From: Desulfatiglandales bacterium
Lineage (GTDB): Bacteria; Desulfobacterota; DSM-4660; Desulfatiglandales; Desulfatiglandaceae
Direction: 5' to 3'
Assembly (NCBI GenBank): GCA_963662465.1
Contig: OY759599.1
Location: 4,032,001-4,096,000 of the forward strand
Length of the DNA stretch: 64,000 nucleotides
The notes beneath the pieces were generated by a model. It was not told the origin of the DNA and searched no databases. It saw nothing but the letters and a program-made list of their open reading frames with translations. A program made the position numbers and the translations under genes. Below are positions 52,145 through 61,316 of this stretch, one piece after another. How positions within the stretch are numbered: position 1 is the first letter of the stretch; the number at the start of each line of letters is the position of its first letter.

Positions 52145-52200
52145 AGGCCAAGAAGGCAATGTCGGATTGAAGTCCGGTGGTGTCTTCCCGGCCTTTTTTT
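52145..52200 (+). terminator. Leader terminator/attenuator-like hairpin of the receptor transcript
   Basis: AGGCCAAGAAGGC...GTCTTCCCGGCC followed by T8. Confidence 0.65.
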
Positions 52201-52471
52201 ATGTGCTATGGAAAAGGGAGGGGGTGATTGAAAAGAGTGAGACCATAATCGAAATCAGACATTAAGGATGGGAAGACAGCCAAGGTTCCCGCAAGGATAT
52301 ATGGCTGCCTTCCCGGTGGAAGCCCCTCGGATGGAGAGACGCCCGAATATTCTTTTACCATAAGCGTATTTTCCCCGTCAATTTCCTTCTGCTTCCAATC
52401 CGAGGATAAACAACCTTGAGCCGCTCTAATGCGTCCAAAACGCTACGGCGGAAACAACGAAGGAAACAATA

Positions 52472-54583
52472 ATGAAAAAGTATTCAAAATGGGGTCATGG
52501 GACCTTTATGTTCCTGGGTCTCTGGGTCGTGATGGTTTTTCTGCTGGGGGCGTCGGTTTGCCCGAGTGATGCGGAAGAGCCGGAAGACAAGAAGGCAATC
52601 GCCCAAACGGGAGAAAAAAAGGCAGGCGCCGGAAAGGCCGTGCAACTGGAAGATGTGACGGTGATGGCGGCGCAACCGGGCGTTGAAATTACGCCGGATA
52701 AAACCGTCATTCGAATGGATGAGTTCGTTAAACCGGGAGATGTGCGAACCCTTACGGACGTGTTGAAAACCATGGGGGGCATCGACGTTATGCGCGTTAA
52801 TCCCATGATGGCCAGTCCGGGAGATGAAGTGTCCATTCGCGGCATGAACGAAGGCCGTCTGGTGGTGGAAATCGACGGCAGGAGAATCAACCACAGCGGC
52901 TACTATGGAAGGTATATCGTGGACTGGTCAACGCTGAACATGGACGATGTCGAAAAAGTTGAAATCATCCGGGGTGGTCATTCGGTGCTGCATCCCTTTG
53001 CCATCGGCGGCGTGATCAACATCATCACCAAAAAGGGCAAAAAAACCGATGATCCCAAGCCCAATGTGCGCGCCAAGGCGGGTGTGGGGGCCTTCACCAC
53101 CACCACGGAATCCCTTTCCATTGACGGCGGGGCATTCAATGTGGTGGGCTATGATTTTTCAGTGAACAATGGTTCCACCAACGGTTACTTGCGGAACAAC
53201 TACCAGGACAGCACCACGCTCAATGGACATTTAAGTTTCTTTATGCCCATGGACGCAGTGCTGGAACTGGGGGTCAAGCATGCGGATGTAAATTACGGAT
53301 TTCCAGTGGTAAACGACCCCTCCCGGGCCGATTACGATGCCGGCTCTCCCAACTTTTATGCCAATGCCGACCAGCTCAGGCATCTGAACTGGCCCCAGTA
53401 TGCGGAAAATGATCCCAGTTGGAAAAAACATACCACCTACCTCGACGGCATATTCCGCATGCCCGCGGGGCCCGGGACCATCAATATTCACGGATACCTC
53501 ACCAATGGCAGGCGCTGGACCAGCCTCTACAATAAAATGGGTGTTCTTGAACCCGATGTGTTCATGGATGACCGCACCGAGGGGGTTATCGCGGAGTACC
53601 GGGATATCGATTTATTCGGATTCAACAAGGTGACCGTGGGGTATGAATATCAACTCCTGGGCGCCCCCAGTGAAATTTCGGACCTGTTCCGGGTTAGCTC
53701 CGGGTACATCCAGGACGTGATCACCATAGGGGATCAATGGCGCCTCACACCGGGGGTTCGTTATTACCATGTGGATATGAACACTTACTACTCCCAGTTC
53801 GGCAAAGGATGGCCCGTAGCCGGCAATACGGAGACGGATGAGGGGTTTTATCCCAGCCTGAGGGCCGACTTTCAAGCCACCGATGAAACCGCCCTTTATG
53901 CGGCGGTGAGCCGGTCCTATCGGCTGCCGTGTCCTTGAGACTACTACTGGTGGGCGCGGTGCGCGTCCGAGGAGAATCCCACGTTAAAACCGGAATCGGC
54001 CTGGGAATACGAGTTGGGCCTGATTCAGGATATGGATCCCATTAATTTGAGAGCCGCCATATACTACTATGACATCAAAAACTTCATCAACGACAACGGC
54101 ATTACGTCTCCCGGAACGGGCATCGGGAGCAACTGCCTTTACAACATTCCCCACTTCAAACTCTGGGGCGGTGAAATCGAGACGAGCCTTCGCTTGGGCC
54201 GGTTCCAGGGGACCCTTTCCTACAACTATCAAAACTACAATGCGGACAATACCGGATTTGAGGCGGACTGGTCCTATTATCTTCCCGCGCTTCTGCCCCA
54301 GAACAAAGTCAAGTTTCTGGGCAATTACGAGGTCTGGAAAGGCGGGATGGTTCAGTTGAGCAGCATCTTCGTGGATGAACGAAAGACCCAGCAGCCGGGG
54401 GTGGACGATCTGGACAGCTACATCACCTTTGATGCGGGGTTTCAGCAGTCATTTCATTTCGCCGGCGTTAACTGGCGGGCCGAGACCTACTGTAACAACT
54501 TTACGGGGGCCAATTACCAGGAACAGGCGGGATACCGCATGCCCAAATATGTTTGGGGGTTTCTGTTGAGCGCCCGATTTTAA
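52472..54583 (+). CDS. TonB-dependent receptor 2, 703 aa, with in-frame TGA at codon 489 (candidate selenocysteine, C-P-U)
   Basis: ORFs 52472-53938 and 54014-54583 share a frame: 'SYRLPCP-U-DYYWWARCASEENPTLKPESAWEYELG'; TonB box 'EDVTVMA', plug 'VEIIRGGHSVL', terminal F. Confidence 0.88.
53952..53968 (+). promoter_or_regulatory. Candidate bacterial SECIS hairpin
   Basis: GGGCGCG-GTG-CGCGTCC; G-led loop about 20 nt after TGA. Confidence 0.65.
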
Positions 54584-54609
54584 AATAGCCAAAAAAATGA
54601 GGTAAGATC

Positions 54610-55545
54610 ATGAAATATTACACCAATAAACGCATTTCAACCTGGTTTACAATTGCCTGTCTGGTCCTGGCGGCGGGATGGGTATTGCCATCCCCGGTCG
54701 CCGCCTGGGGAGGCCGGGGCCATCTGTACGTTATCGGCACCGGACCCGCGGGTCCTCAAACCGCCACGCTCCAGGCCCTTGATACCCTCAGAAGCATGGA
54801 TATCATTGTCGCCCCTCAAAAACATGTCAATCTGTTTGCGGAATATGTGGGCCAAAAACCCGTTCTGTTCGATCCGTGGACGGACATCTGGGACTACAAG
54901 GGAAAAAGCATGTGGAAGCTGGATGAAACGGAACTGGCGGCATTTAAGACGGAGCGCTTTAAAATCCGTGATGAGCGGGTGGCCAAAATTAAGGATGCAC
55001 TGGCCCGGGGGAAAGATGTGGGTCTCATGGACCACGGCAATCCCTGTTTATACGGTCCCAGCCACTGGTATGCGGAGCAGTTTGATCTTGATGATGTGAT
55101 TATCATTCCGGGGATGGGGTGCGACGCCGCGGCCATGGCGGCTCTTAAAAAAAGCACCATCCCCGCCCATGACAGCCATTTCGTCATTCAGACCGCTCCC
55201 TTTTCGCTGATGCGCTGGGGAGGGAAAGAACAGGCAATCCTCAAGGATATCGGCAAATACCCTTCGACCCTGATTTTCTATATGGCCCTTTGGGAGCCCG
55301 AAGCGTTGTTTACGGCGCTCAACTCAAGCTTTCCCCCGGATATGCCCTGCGCCGTGGTTTTCTGGGCCGGTTATCCGGAAAAGGAGCGGGTTCTTCGGGG
55401 AACCCTGGCGGATATGCCGGAAAAGCTTTCAAAAGACAAGGAAAAATTCATGGGATTGTTATTCGTGGGTCGGTTTCTTGAAGGCAACCCCTATGATGCC
55501 GCCATGAAACGGTCTCAGAAGGAATTGGGGAAAAACACGCCATAA
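54610..55545 (+). CDS. Tetrapyrrole (corrin/porphyrin) methylase-family protein with N-terminal signal peptide
   Basis: 'GHLYVIGTGPAG', 'DHGNPCLYG', 'IIPGMG'; preceded by a hydrophobic signal ending 'VAA'. Confidence 0.82.
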   Translation: MKYYTNKRISTWFTIACLVLAAGWVLPSPVAAWGGRGHLYVIGTGPAGPQTATLQALDTLRSMDIIVAPQKHVNLFAEYVGQKPVLFDPWTDIWDYKGKSMWKLDETELAAFKTERFKIRDERVAKIKDALARGKDVGLMDHGNPCLYGPSHWYAEQFDLDDVIIIPGMGCDAAAMAALKKSTIPAHDSHFVIQTAPFSLMRWGGKEQAILKDIGKYPSTLIFYMALWEPEALFTALNSSFPPDMPCAVVFWAGYPEKERVLRGTLADMPEKLSKDKEKFMGLLFVGRFLEGNPYDAAMKRSQKELGKNTP

Positions 55546-55684
55546 GGAGGGCTTTACGAATATTTTCAGAAGGAATTGCGGAAAAAGGGGAATGGTTTGT
55601 TTCCGTGACCCATGAAATTCCCTATGACGATAAAAGCGAATGCGACACCCAAAAATATAATGCCACGTTCACCTTTGACGTGAA

Positions 55685-55711
55685 GTAGGGGCGAAAAATC
55701 TTTCGCCCCCG
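55685..55711. repeat. GTAG-type REP-like palindrome
   Basis: GTAGGGGCGAAAAATCTTTCGCCCC. Confidence 0.5.
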
Positions 55712-55727
55712 CCATGAGGATTTAAAA

Positions 55728-57218
55728 ATGCTGTTTCGAAAGTTGATTTTGACCTGCATTCTAGTTGCGACGCTCTTTTTGATTCCCTGTTCTTCCCATG
55801 CCCACACGTACAGGGTTCCGGTTCTGGTGGACACGGACATGGCCCTGGACGACATGCGGGCCATTATTATGCTGTTAAATTCCCACATGGTGGATATCCC
55901 CCTTGTTGTGGTATCCGACGGCATTTCATCCCCTGAAAAGGGGGTTGAAAATCTCAAGGCCCTGCTGTCGCGCTTTGATCGAAACGGCGTCCACATGGCC
56001 AGGGGCAAGCCATCGGACATGCCGCCGCCTCCCGTCCGGCCGCTGTCTGAAAACATACAGTGGCCCCATAAGGGGGCATCATTTTCCCGGTCCATTGCGG
56101 CAAAAGATGCGCCTGGCGCCATTATCGAAACATTGAATGGGTTGCCCGGCCGGGTTGTTTATCTCTGCCTGGGACCCATGACCAACCTGGCCGAGGCCAT
56201 TCGACAGGCCCCCGGAATTCAATCCAAAATTTCCCGCGTCATCTATTTCGGGGATCATCCGAAAAGCGCCGACCCCGGTTGGAACACGACCCGGGATGTT
56301 GACGCCGCTGCCGGGGTTTTTGCATCGGGCATGGATATCTATTGCATTCACCCGGCCAAAAAAGACCTTCGTCCCTTTGATCGCAACATGCTGGAAAAAA
56401 TGGATGCCATTGGGTCCCCGGCGGCCAGGTTGGTATCCACCATTCACAAAGGGATTACGGTTCAAAAAGCCATTGATCAAGGGCATCTCATGATATGGGA
56501 CGAAAATGCCGTGATTTATCTGGAAAGCCCTGAGCTATTCAAGATGGAGCCCGTCTCAGGAGATCCATACCTCATGCGGCTGAACGGCTTCGATGCCGAA
56601 GGCGTACTCCGGGCCTATGTCGAATGCCTGGGGCGCCCGGCGGACGCCCATCTGGATGCCCGTCATGCGGTTGTGCTGAAGATGTTCCCCCATGATCCGC
56701 TTATGTTCAAACCGGATGTTGCGCCCCATGTGGACCGGATTATCAAACGGTACGGCATTGAAGAGTGGAAGGCCGCGGTTCTCACCCACGAGTTGCACCG
56801 GCACCTGGGCATCTATTCCCTGATCGGCGCCAAAATGGGCGTCAGGGCCAGGGAAATTCTGGATGCCCCTTTCGACGCCCTGAAGGTGGTTTCCCATGCG
56901 GGAAACAAACCGCCCCTCAGTTGCATGAACGACGGGCTTCAGGTGTCCACCGGCGCCAGCCTGGGGCGGGGAACCATTCGGATTGATGGCGAAAATCCAA
57001 TGCCTTCGGCAACCTTTATCTACCGAAACGAGAGGCTTGAATTGACCCTGAAACCCCGGTGGCGGGAAAAAATAAAGGCCGATATCAAGGCGGCCATTCA
57101 ACAATTCGGTGGCTTGAACAAGTCCTATTTTGCCCATATTCGAAAACTATCCATTGCATACTGGCATGATTTTAATCGTGGGGAGATTTTTGATGAAAAG
57201 CTGGGCCTGGCCAAATAG
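55728..57218 (+). CDS. Exported nucleoside hydrolase-like / FmdE-domain fusion
   Basis: Signal ending 'SHA'; 'VDTDMALDD', 'LGPMTNLA', 'WN...D', 'IWD'; C-term 'HELHRHLG...SCMNDGLQVSTGASLGRG'. Confidence 0.8.
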   Translation: MLFRKLILTCILVATLFLIPCSSHAHTYRVPVLVDTDMALDDMRAIIMLLNSHMVDIPLVVVSDGISSPEKGVENLKALLSRFDRNGVHMARGKPSDMPPPPVRPLSENIQWPHKGASFSRSIAAKDAPGAIIETLNGLPGRVVYLCLGPMTNLAEAIRQAPGIQSKISRVIYFGDHPKSADPGWNTTRDVDAAAGVFASGMDIYCIHPAKKDLRPFDRNMLEKMDAIGSPAARLVSTIHKGITVQKAIDQGHLMIWDENAVIYLESPELFKMEPVSGDPYLMRLNGFDAEGVLRAYVECLGRPADAHLDARHAVVLKMFPHDPLMFKPDVAPHVDRIIKRYGIEEWKAAVLTHELHRHLGIYSLIGAKMGVRAREILDAPFDALKVVSHAGNKPPLSCMNDGLQVSTGASLGRGTIRIDGENPMPSATFIYRNERLELTLKPRWREKIKADIKAAIQQFGGLNKSYFAHIRKLSIAYWHDFNRGEIFDEKLGLAK

Positions 57219-57672
57219 TTTCGTCCTTTTTATTGCGCTTCTGCTGATTCCCTGCGGACTTTTTGCGCACGGGGTCAAGGGAGAGATTGCCGTAGGGACC
57301 GGCGCTATGATTGTCACGGCCCGGTACAGCAACGATGAAGCTATGAGCTATTCCGAAACGACCATCCGCCCACCTGCCGGGGAATTGGATTTTCAGACGG
57401 GCAGAACCGACCGAAACGGCCGGTTCTGCTTTTTCCCAGATGCGGACGGCGATTGGGAGGTGACCGTTAATGATGGAATGGGACACCGGCTGAGGATATT
57501 GGTTCCCGTCAGCAAGGATAGCCCCCTTGCATCAGACCCCGTGGCTGCCCCTTTAACCGGAAATTCATCCGCTTTGGTTGCAAGAGCCCTTTCAGGTCTG
57601 TGCATTATCTTTGGCATTTCCGGGTGCTTAATATGGTGGAGAACCCGGAAGATCCATCAAAAAACGCCATAG
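57193..57672 (+). CDS. CbiL/NikL-like periplasmic protein with C-terminal TM anchor
   Basis: Signal then 'AHGV', 'FQTGRTDRNGRFCFFPD..GDWEV..NDGMGH'. Confidence 0.72.
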   Translation: MKSWAWPNSFVLFIALLLIPCGLFAHGVKGEIAVGTGAMIVTARYSNDEAMSYSETTIRPPAGELDFQTGRTDRNGRFCFFPDADGDWEVTVNDGMGHRLRILVPVSKDSPLASDPVAAPLTGNSSALVARALSGLCIIFGISGCLIWWRTRKIHQKTP

Positions 57673-57704
57673 GGAAGAAACGCTTCCAGTGGTAAGGAGC
57701 AACA

Positions 57705-58532
57705 TTGATGTCTCGTTTTTGTAGTTTTTTCGGGTTCTTATTCTTTTTTTGGGTCATACCTGCGTTTGTATTCTTCCCTTGCCAGGCCGGCTGTGAATCG
57801 GAGGTTCAACCCACGGCCCTGCAAGTCAAGCAGAATGCCGAAGCATCGGTAGAAATCCGTCGTCTGAGCCAGAAACGCGTTGATGCCTGGGCGGATAAAG
57901 AAGAAAAAATGCTCTTGGAAATTTCACGCCTTCAGAAAGATCTGGATGCGCTCAAGTGGAGAAGGAAAAAAACCGATACCTATCTCTCGGATCTGGAAAG
58001 TAAAATGGCGGCCTTAAATGAAGGAAGCCGTGCGGCAAAAGAGATTCAGGATGAATTGGAGCCTTTCCTGGAAAAGACCCTTCAGGACCTGGAAGCGTTT
58101 TCCGAAAATGAATTGCCGTCCCTGAGGGAACTTCAAAGCCCCGGTCTTCAATCGGCCAAGGAAATGCAGAATGATGCGGATGCCGATATGGTCCGGAAAA
58201 CCCGCGGCCTGCTGGAGCTTCTCATGCGGGCCGTGGAATACGGATATTTCGTGGAACCGGACCAGACCGATATCGTCATCGATGAAAAGATCATTCGCGT
58301 CAAACGCATCAGCGTGGGACGATTGGGGCTCTTTGCCCTGAGCGCCGACGGAGATCAAGCCTGGAAATGGCAGCCTGGGAAAGAGCAATATGAACCGATT
58401 CCCCATTTTGCCGGCGCCATCCGGGAAGCCATCCAGATCTGTGAACGAAGGCGTCTGGTGGAATTGGTGGAATTGCCCATGGGACCCCCTGTCAGCCCCC
58501 CTGTCAGCTCTGACAAGGAGGTGGAAAAGTGA
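57705..58532 (+). CDS. DUF3450-family protein (copy 2)
   Basis: Paralog of 42251-43078. Confidence 0.82.
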   Translation: MMSRFCSFFGFLFFFWVIPAFVFFPCQAGCESEVQPTALQVKQNAEASVEIRRLSQKRVDAWADKEEKMLLEISRLQKDLDALKWRRKKTDTYLSDLESKMAALNEGSRAAKEIQDELEPFLEKTLQDLEAFSENELPSLRELQSPGLQSAKEMQNDADADMVRKTRGLLELLMRAVEYGYFVEPDQTDIVIDEKIIRVKRISVGRLGLFALSADGDQAWKWQPGKEQYEPIPHFAGAIREAIQICERRRLVELVELPMGPPVSPPVSSDKEVEK

Positions 58533-59932
58533 GGGTTTTGCTCTGTCTGTTTTTTTTATGGTCCTTCCCGCCATTGCTTTTTGCCCAATCGTCCTCATTC
58601 AGCCGGGTGGCCCAAGAGGTAGAGACGGATTTGAAAAAGGCGCAGGCGGAAGAAACCCTCACCCTGGCCGATGTGGCCGAGAAACGCAAAGAACTCATGA
58701 CCCGGCGGGATCGCCTGATATCTGATATCAAAAGGGAAAGCGAAGCCCTTGCAGCTGACGAACTGCGGCTTTCGGAAATGCGGAAAAAGCGGCTGGAACT
58801 GATCCGTATGGTTCAGACCCACACGGGCCGCATGAAAGAGCTGGATGCGGCCATACGGGATTTTGCTCGTAATTTCTATAGTTTAGCTGAGCGTTCCGCC
58901 TATAGTGCTGAAACGCCCGACCGGTTGACGATTCTCAAGCATTTCCTGGATAAAAACAAAATTCTCGGGATTCAGGATATTCAAACCCTGGTGGCATTGG
59001 CTTTTAAGGATATGACGGCATCAGGGCAGATCATCCGGCGTGAAGGGGGAATGGTGGATCGTCGGGGAGAAACGGTCCAGGGGGCGATTATCCGCATGGG
59101 CAATCTTACCGCCATCTACCGGAGCGGGGGAGATGTGGGGTACCTCAGCCCGAGTCCCGCTTCAGGGAGGCTTTTGGTTTCCGCTCCCCCCGGATGGGGT
59201 GTTTGCCGGAATCTGAAACAGTATTTTGAAGGGGAAACCGATGACGTCTATATGGATATCTCGGGGGGCGCAGCCATCAAACAGATGGCGCGTAAAGCCA
59301 CCTTATGGGAGCAGATTCAGAGCGGCGGCGTGTTGGTATGGCCTATCCTGCTGGTGGGGTTGGTGGCCGTCATTCTGGTGCTTGAACGGCTTATCTTCCT
59401 GGGTCGGGTGCGGCACAACACCGACAAACTCATGACCCATGTGACGGAGCTGGTGGAAGCGGGCGATTACCGGGGCGCCATGAAGGAAACCGAGTCCCTG
59501 TCCGGCATGCCCACCAGCAATGTTTTAAAGGCCGGGCTTACCCAGCAGGGTCAGCCCCGGGACATCATTGAAAGCAGTCTGGCCGAGGCCATCCTCAAGG
59601 AAACCCCGCGTCTGGAACGATTTCTGCCCGCCCTCAAGGTGCTGGCGGCCATTGCGCCCCTTCTGGGGTTGCTCGGGACCGTGACCGGCATGATCAACAC
59701 CTTTCAGGTGATTACCGTTCATGGGACCGGCGACCCGCGCCTTATGGCCGGCGGGATCAGCGAAGCCCTCATCACCACCCAGCTGGGTCTGGCCGTGGCC
59801 ATTCCCATACTGGTGATCGCGGCCCTTTTGGGACGAAAAGTGAACCGCATTGCCTCGGATATGGAGGAAAAAGCCATGGCCCTGATCGCGGCCCTTTTAA
59901 GAGATCAGAGGGTTTCCCATGAACTGTCTTGA
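58529..59932 (+). CDS. Large MotA/TolQ/ExbB protein (copy 2)
   Basis: Near-identical to 43075-44478. Confidence 0.88.
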   Translation: MRVLLCLFFLWSFPPLLFAQSSSFSRVAQEVETDLKKAQAEETLTLADVAEKRKELMTRRDRLISDIKRESEALAADELRLSEMRKKRLELIRMVQTHTGRMKELDAAIRDFARNFYSLAERSAYSAETPDRLTILKHFLDKNKILGIQDIQTLVALAFKDMTASGQIIRREGGMVDRRGETVQGAIIRMGNLTAIYRSGGDVGYLSPSPASGRLLVSAPPGWGVCRNLKQYFEGETDDVYMDISGGAAIKQMARKATLWEQIQSGGVLVWPILLVGLVAVILVLERLIFLGRVRHNTDKLMTHVTELVEAGDYRGAMKETESLSGMPTSNVLKAGLTQQGQPRDIIESSLAEAILKETPRLERFLPALKVLAAIAPLLGLLGTVTGMINTFQVITVHGTGDPRLMAGGISEALITTQLGLAVAIPILVIAALLGRKVNRIASDMEEKAMALIAALLRDQRVSHELS

Positions 59933-60083
59933 AACCATGTGGCGCTTTGTTCAAACGGGAGGCCCCATCATGATCCCATTGGTGCTGATTTCCATCTGGA
60001 TGTGGTATCTGAATTCAGGGGGATCTCATGATATTTTACCGGGCCGTGGACCAATGGCTGGAAAGGAATACGCCCATGTTTAG
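59919..60083 (+). pseudogene. exbB: exbB copy 2 with 449-bp internal deletion plus 1-bp deletion
   Basis: Junction at 60012/60013 joins equivalents of 44558 and 45008. Confidence 0.9.
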
Positions 60084-60507
60084 AATCGGCAGCAGTCTTG
60101 GCGGCAACCGGGGGCTGGACGGCAGTGAAGACGCCGAACTCAACATGGCGCCCCTCATCGATATGATTTTTATCCTTTTGATTTTTTTCCTGGTCACCGC
60201 CACCTTTGTGAAGGAATCCGGGGTGGAGATCCAAAGGCCCGAAGCCGCATCGGCCCAGGACAAACCGGAGGCCGGACTTTTCATCGGCATCACCGAACAG
60301 GGGGAAATCTTCATTGACAAAACGCGGGTGGATTTAAGGAGCGTTCGCGGCATGGTGGAACATTTTTTGTTGGAAACCCCTTCGGGAGGCGTGATCCTTG
60401 AAGCCGACCGTTCCAGTCTCACGGGACGCCTCGTGGCGGTCCTGGATCAATGCCGAATGGCGGGGGCCGAAAATATCGCCGTATCCACCCTCAGGAGCGA
60501 ACCGTGA
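60076..60507 (+). CDS. exbD: ExbD (copy 2)
   Basis: Same protein sequence as 45072-45503. Confidence 0.9.
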   Translation: MFRIGSSLGGNRGLDGSEDAELNMAPLIDMIFILLIFFLVTATFVKESGVEIQRPEAASAQDKPEAGLFIGITEQGEIFIDKTRVDLRSVRGMVEHFLLETPSGGVILEADRSSLTGRLVAVLDQCRMAGAENIAVSTLRSEP

Positions 60508-61316
60508 GAACAAGGCCGGCAATGGTTTTTTCCAGCCGGAAAAAGCACGGTTATGGCCTTTTGGCCTTCCTTCTGTCGCTTCTCATCAATGTTGCCCTTT
60601 TCGCCATTGCCCCCATGCTCCTGGAACAGACCGGCGTGACGGACTTTTTGCCCCATGCCCTTCTGAATTTGAAAATGCCCTTACGGTCGGAACAACCGGG
60701 ATCTGAGTCAGAGCAAGACATTGAGATGAGCGATGAAAATCCCCAACCGGAGCCCATGGAACCGGAATTGGAAATCGATTCACCGGACGTACCGGAGATG
60801 TTGCCCCCCGAACTTGAAATCCCCCCACTGACATCTCCCCAGGATTCTTTCGATGAGCCTACCCCTGAAATATCCCGGTTGGAAATTCCCCTCAAGACCG
60901 TGTCCATGAAATCCGTACCCGTGGCCTTGCCCGCGCCCTCTGCCGCCCCAGCATCCGCGCCACAACCGGCTGCGCGGTCAAACCCGCAACCCGTCAAGGA
61001 ACACAAAAAAAACGGCGGTTATTCCCTGGGCCAGGTGGATGCGGCGCCGAGGGCCATGAATCAGATGCTCCCTCGCTATCCGCGCCGCGCCAGACAACGA
61101 AACATCGAGGGATGGGTGAAAGTCCGTTTTCTGGTGGATAAAGAGGGGCGGGTTCGGAACTTGCGAATACTGAAAGAATCCCCGCCGGACGTTTTTCATG
61201 AAACCGTCATGGAAACGGCGCCCCGGTGGCGCTTTCGCCCGGCCAAAAAGGGCGGGAGACCCGTGAACGTCTGGGTGGAACAAACCATTAATTTCAGGAT
61301 GGACGACGCATGGTAA
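60504..61316 (+). CDS. tonB: TonB (copy 2)
   Basis: Paralog of copy 1, linker 6 aa shorter. Confidence 0.9.
   Translation: MRTRPAMVFSSRKKHGYGLLAFLLSLLINVALFAIAPMLLEQTGVTDFLPHALLNLKMPLRSEQPGSESEQDIEMSDENPQPEPMEPELEIDSPDVPEMLPPELEIPPLTSPQDSFDEPTPEISRLEIPLKTVSMKSVPVALPAPSAAPASAPQPAARSNPQPVKEHKKNGGYSLGQVDAAPRAMNQMLPRYPRRARQRNIEGWVKVRFLVDKEGRVRNLRILKESPPDVFHETVMETAPRWRFRPAKKGGRPVNVWVEQTINFRMDDAW

Noticed and set aside
50555..60018. Shared AATTCA at the cbiL and exbB deletion junctions as a site-specific signal
   Set aside because: Only two cases of a short AT-rich word, and the cbiL breakpoint cannot be fixed without an intact reference
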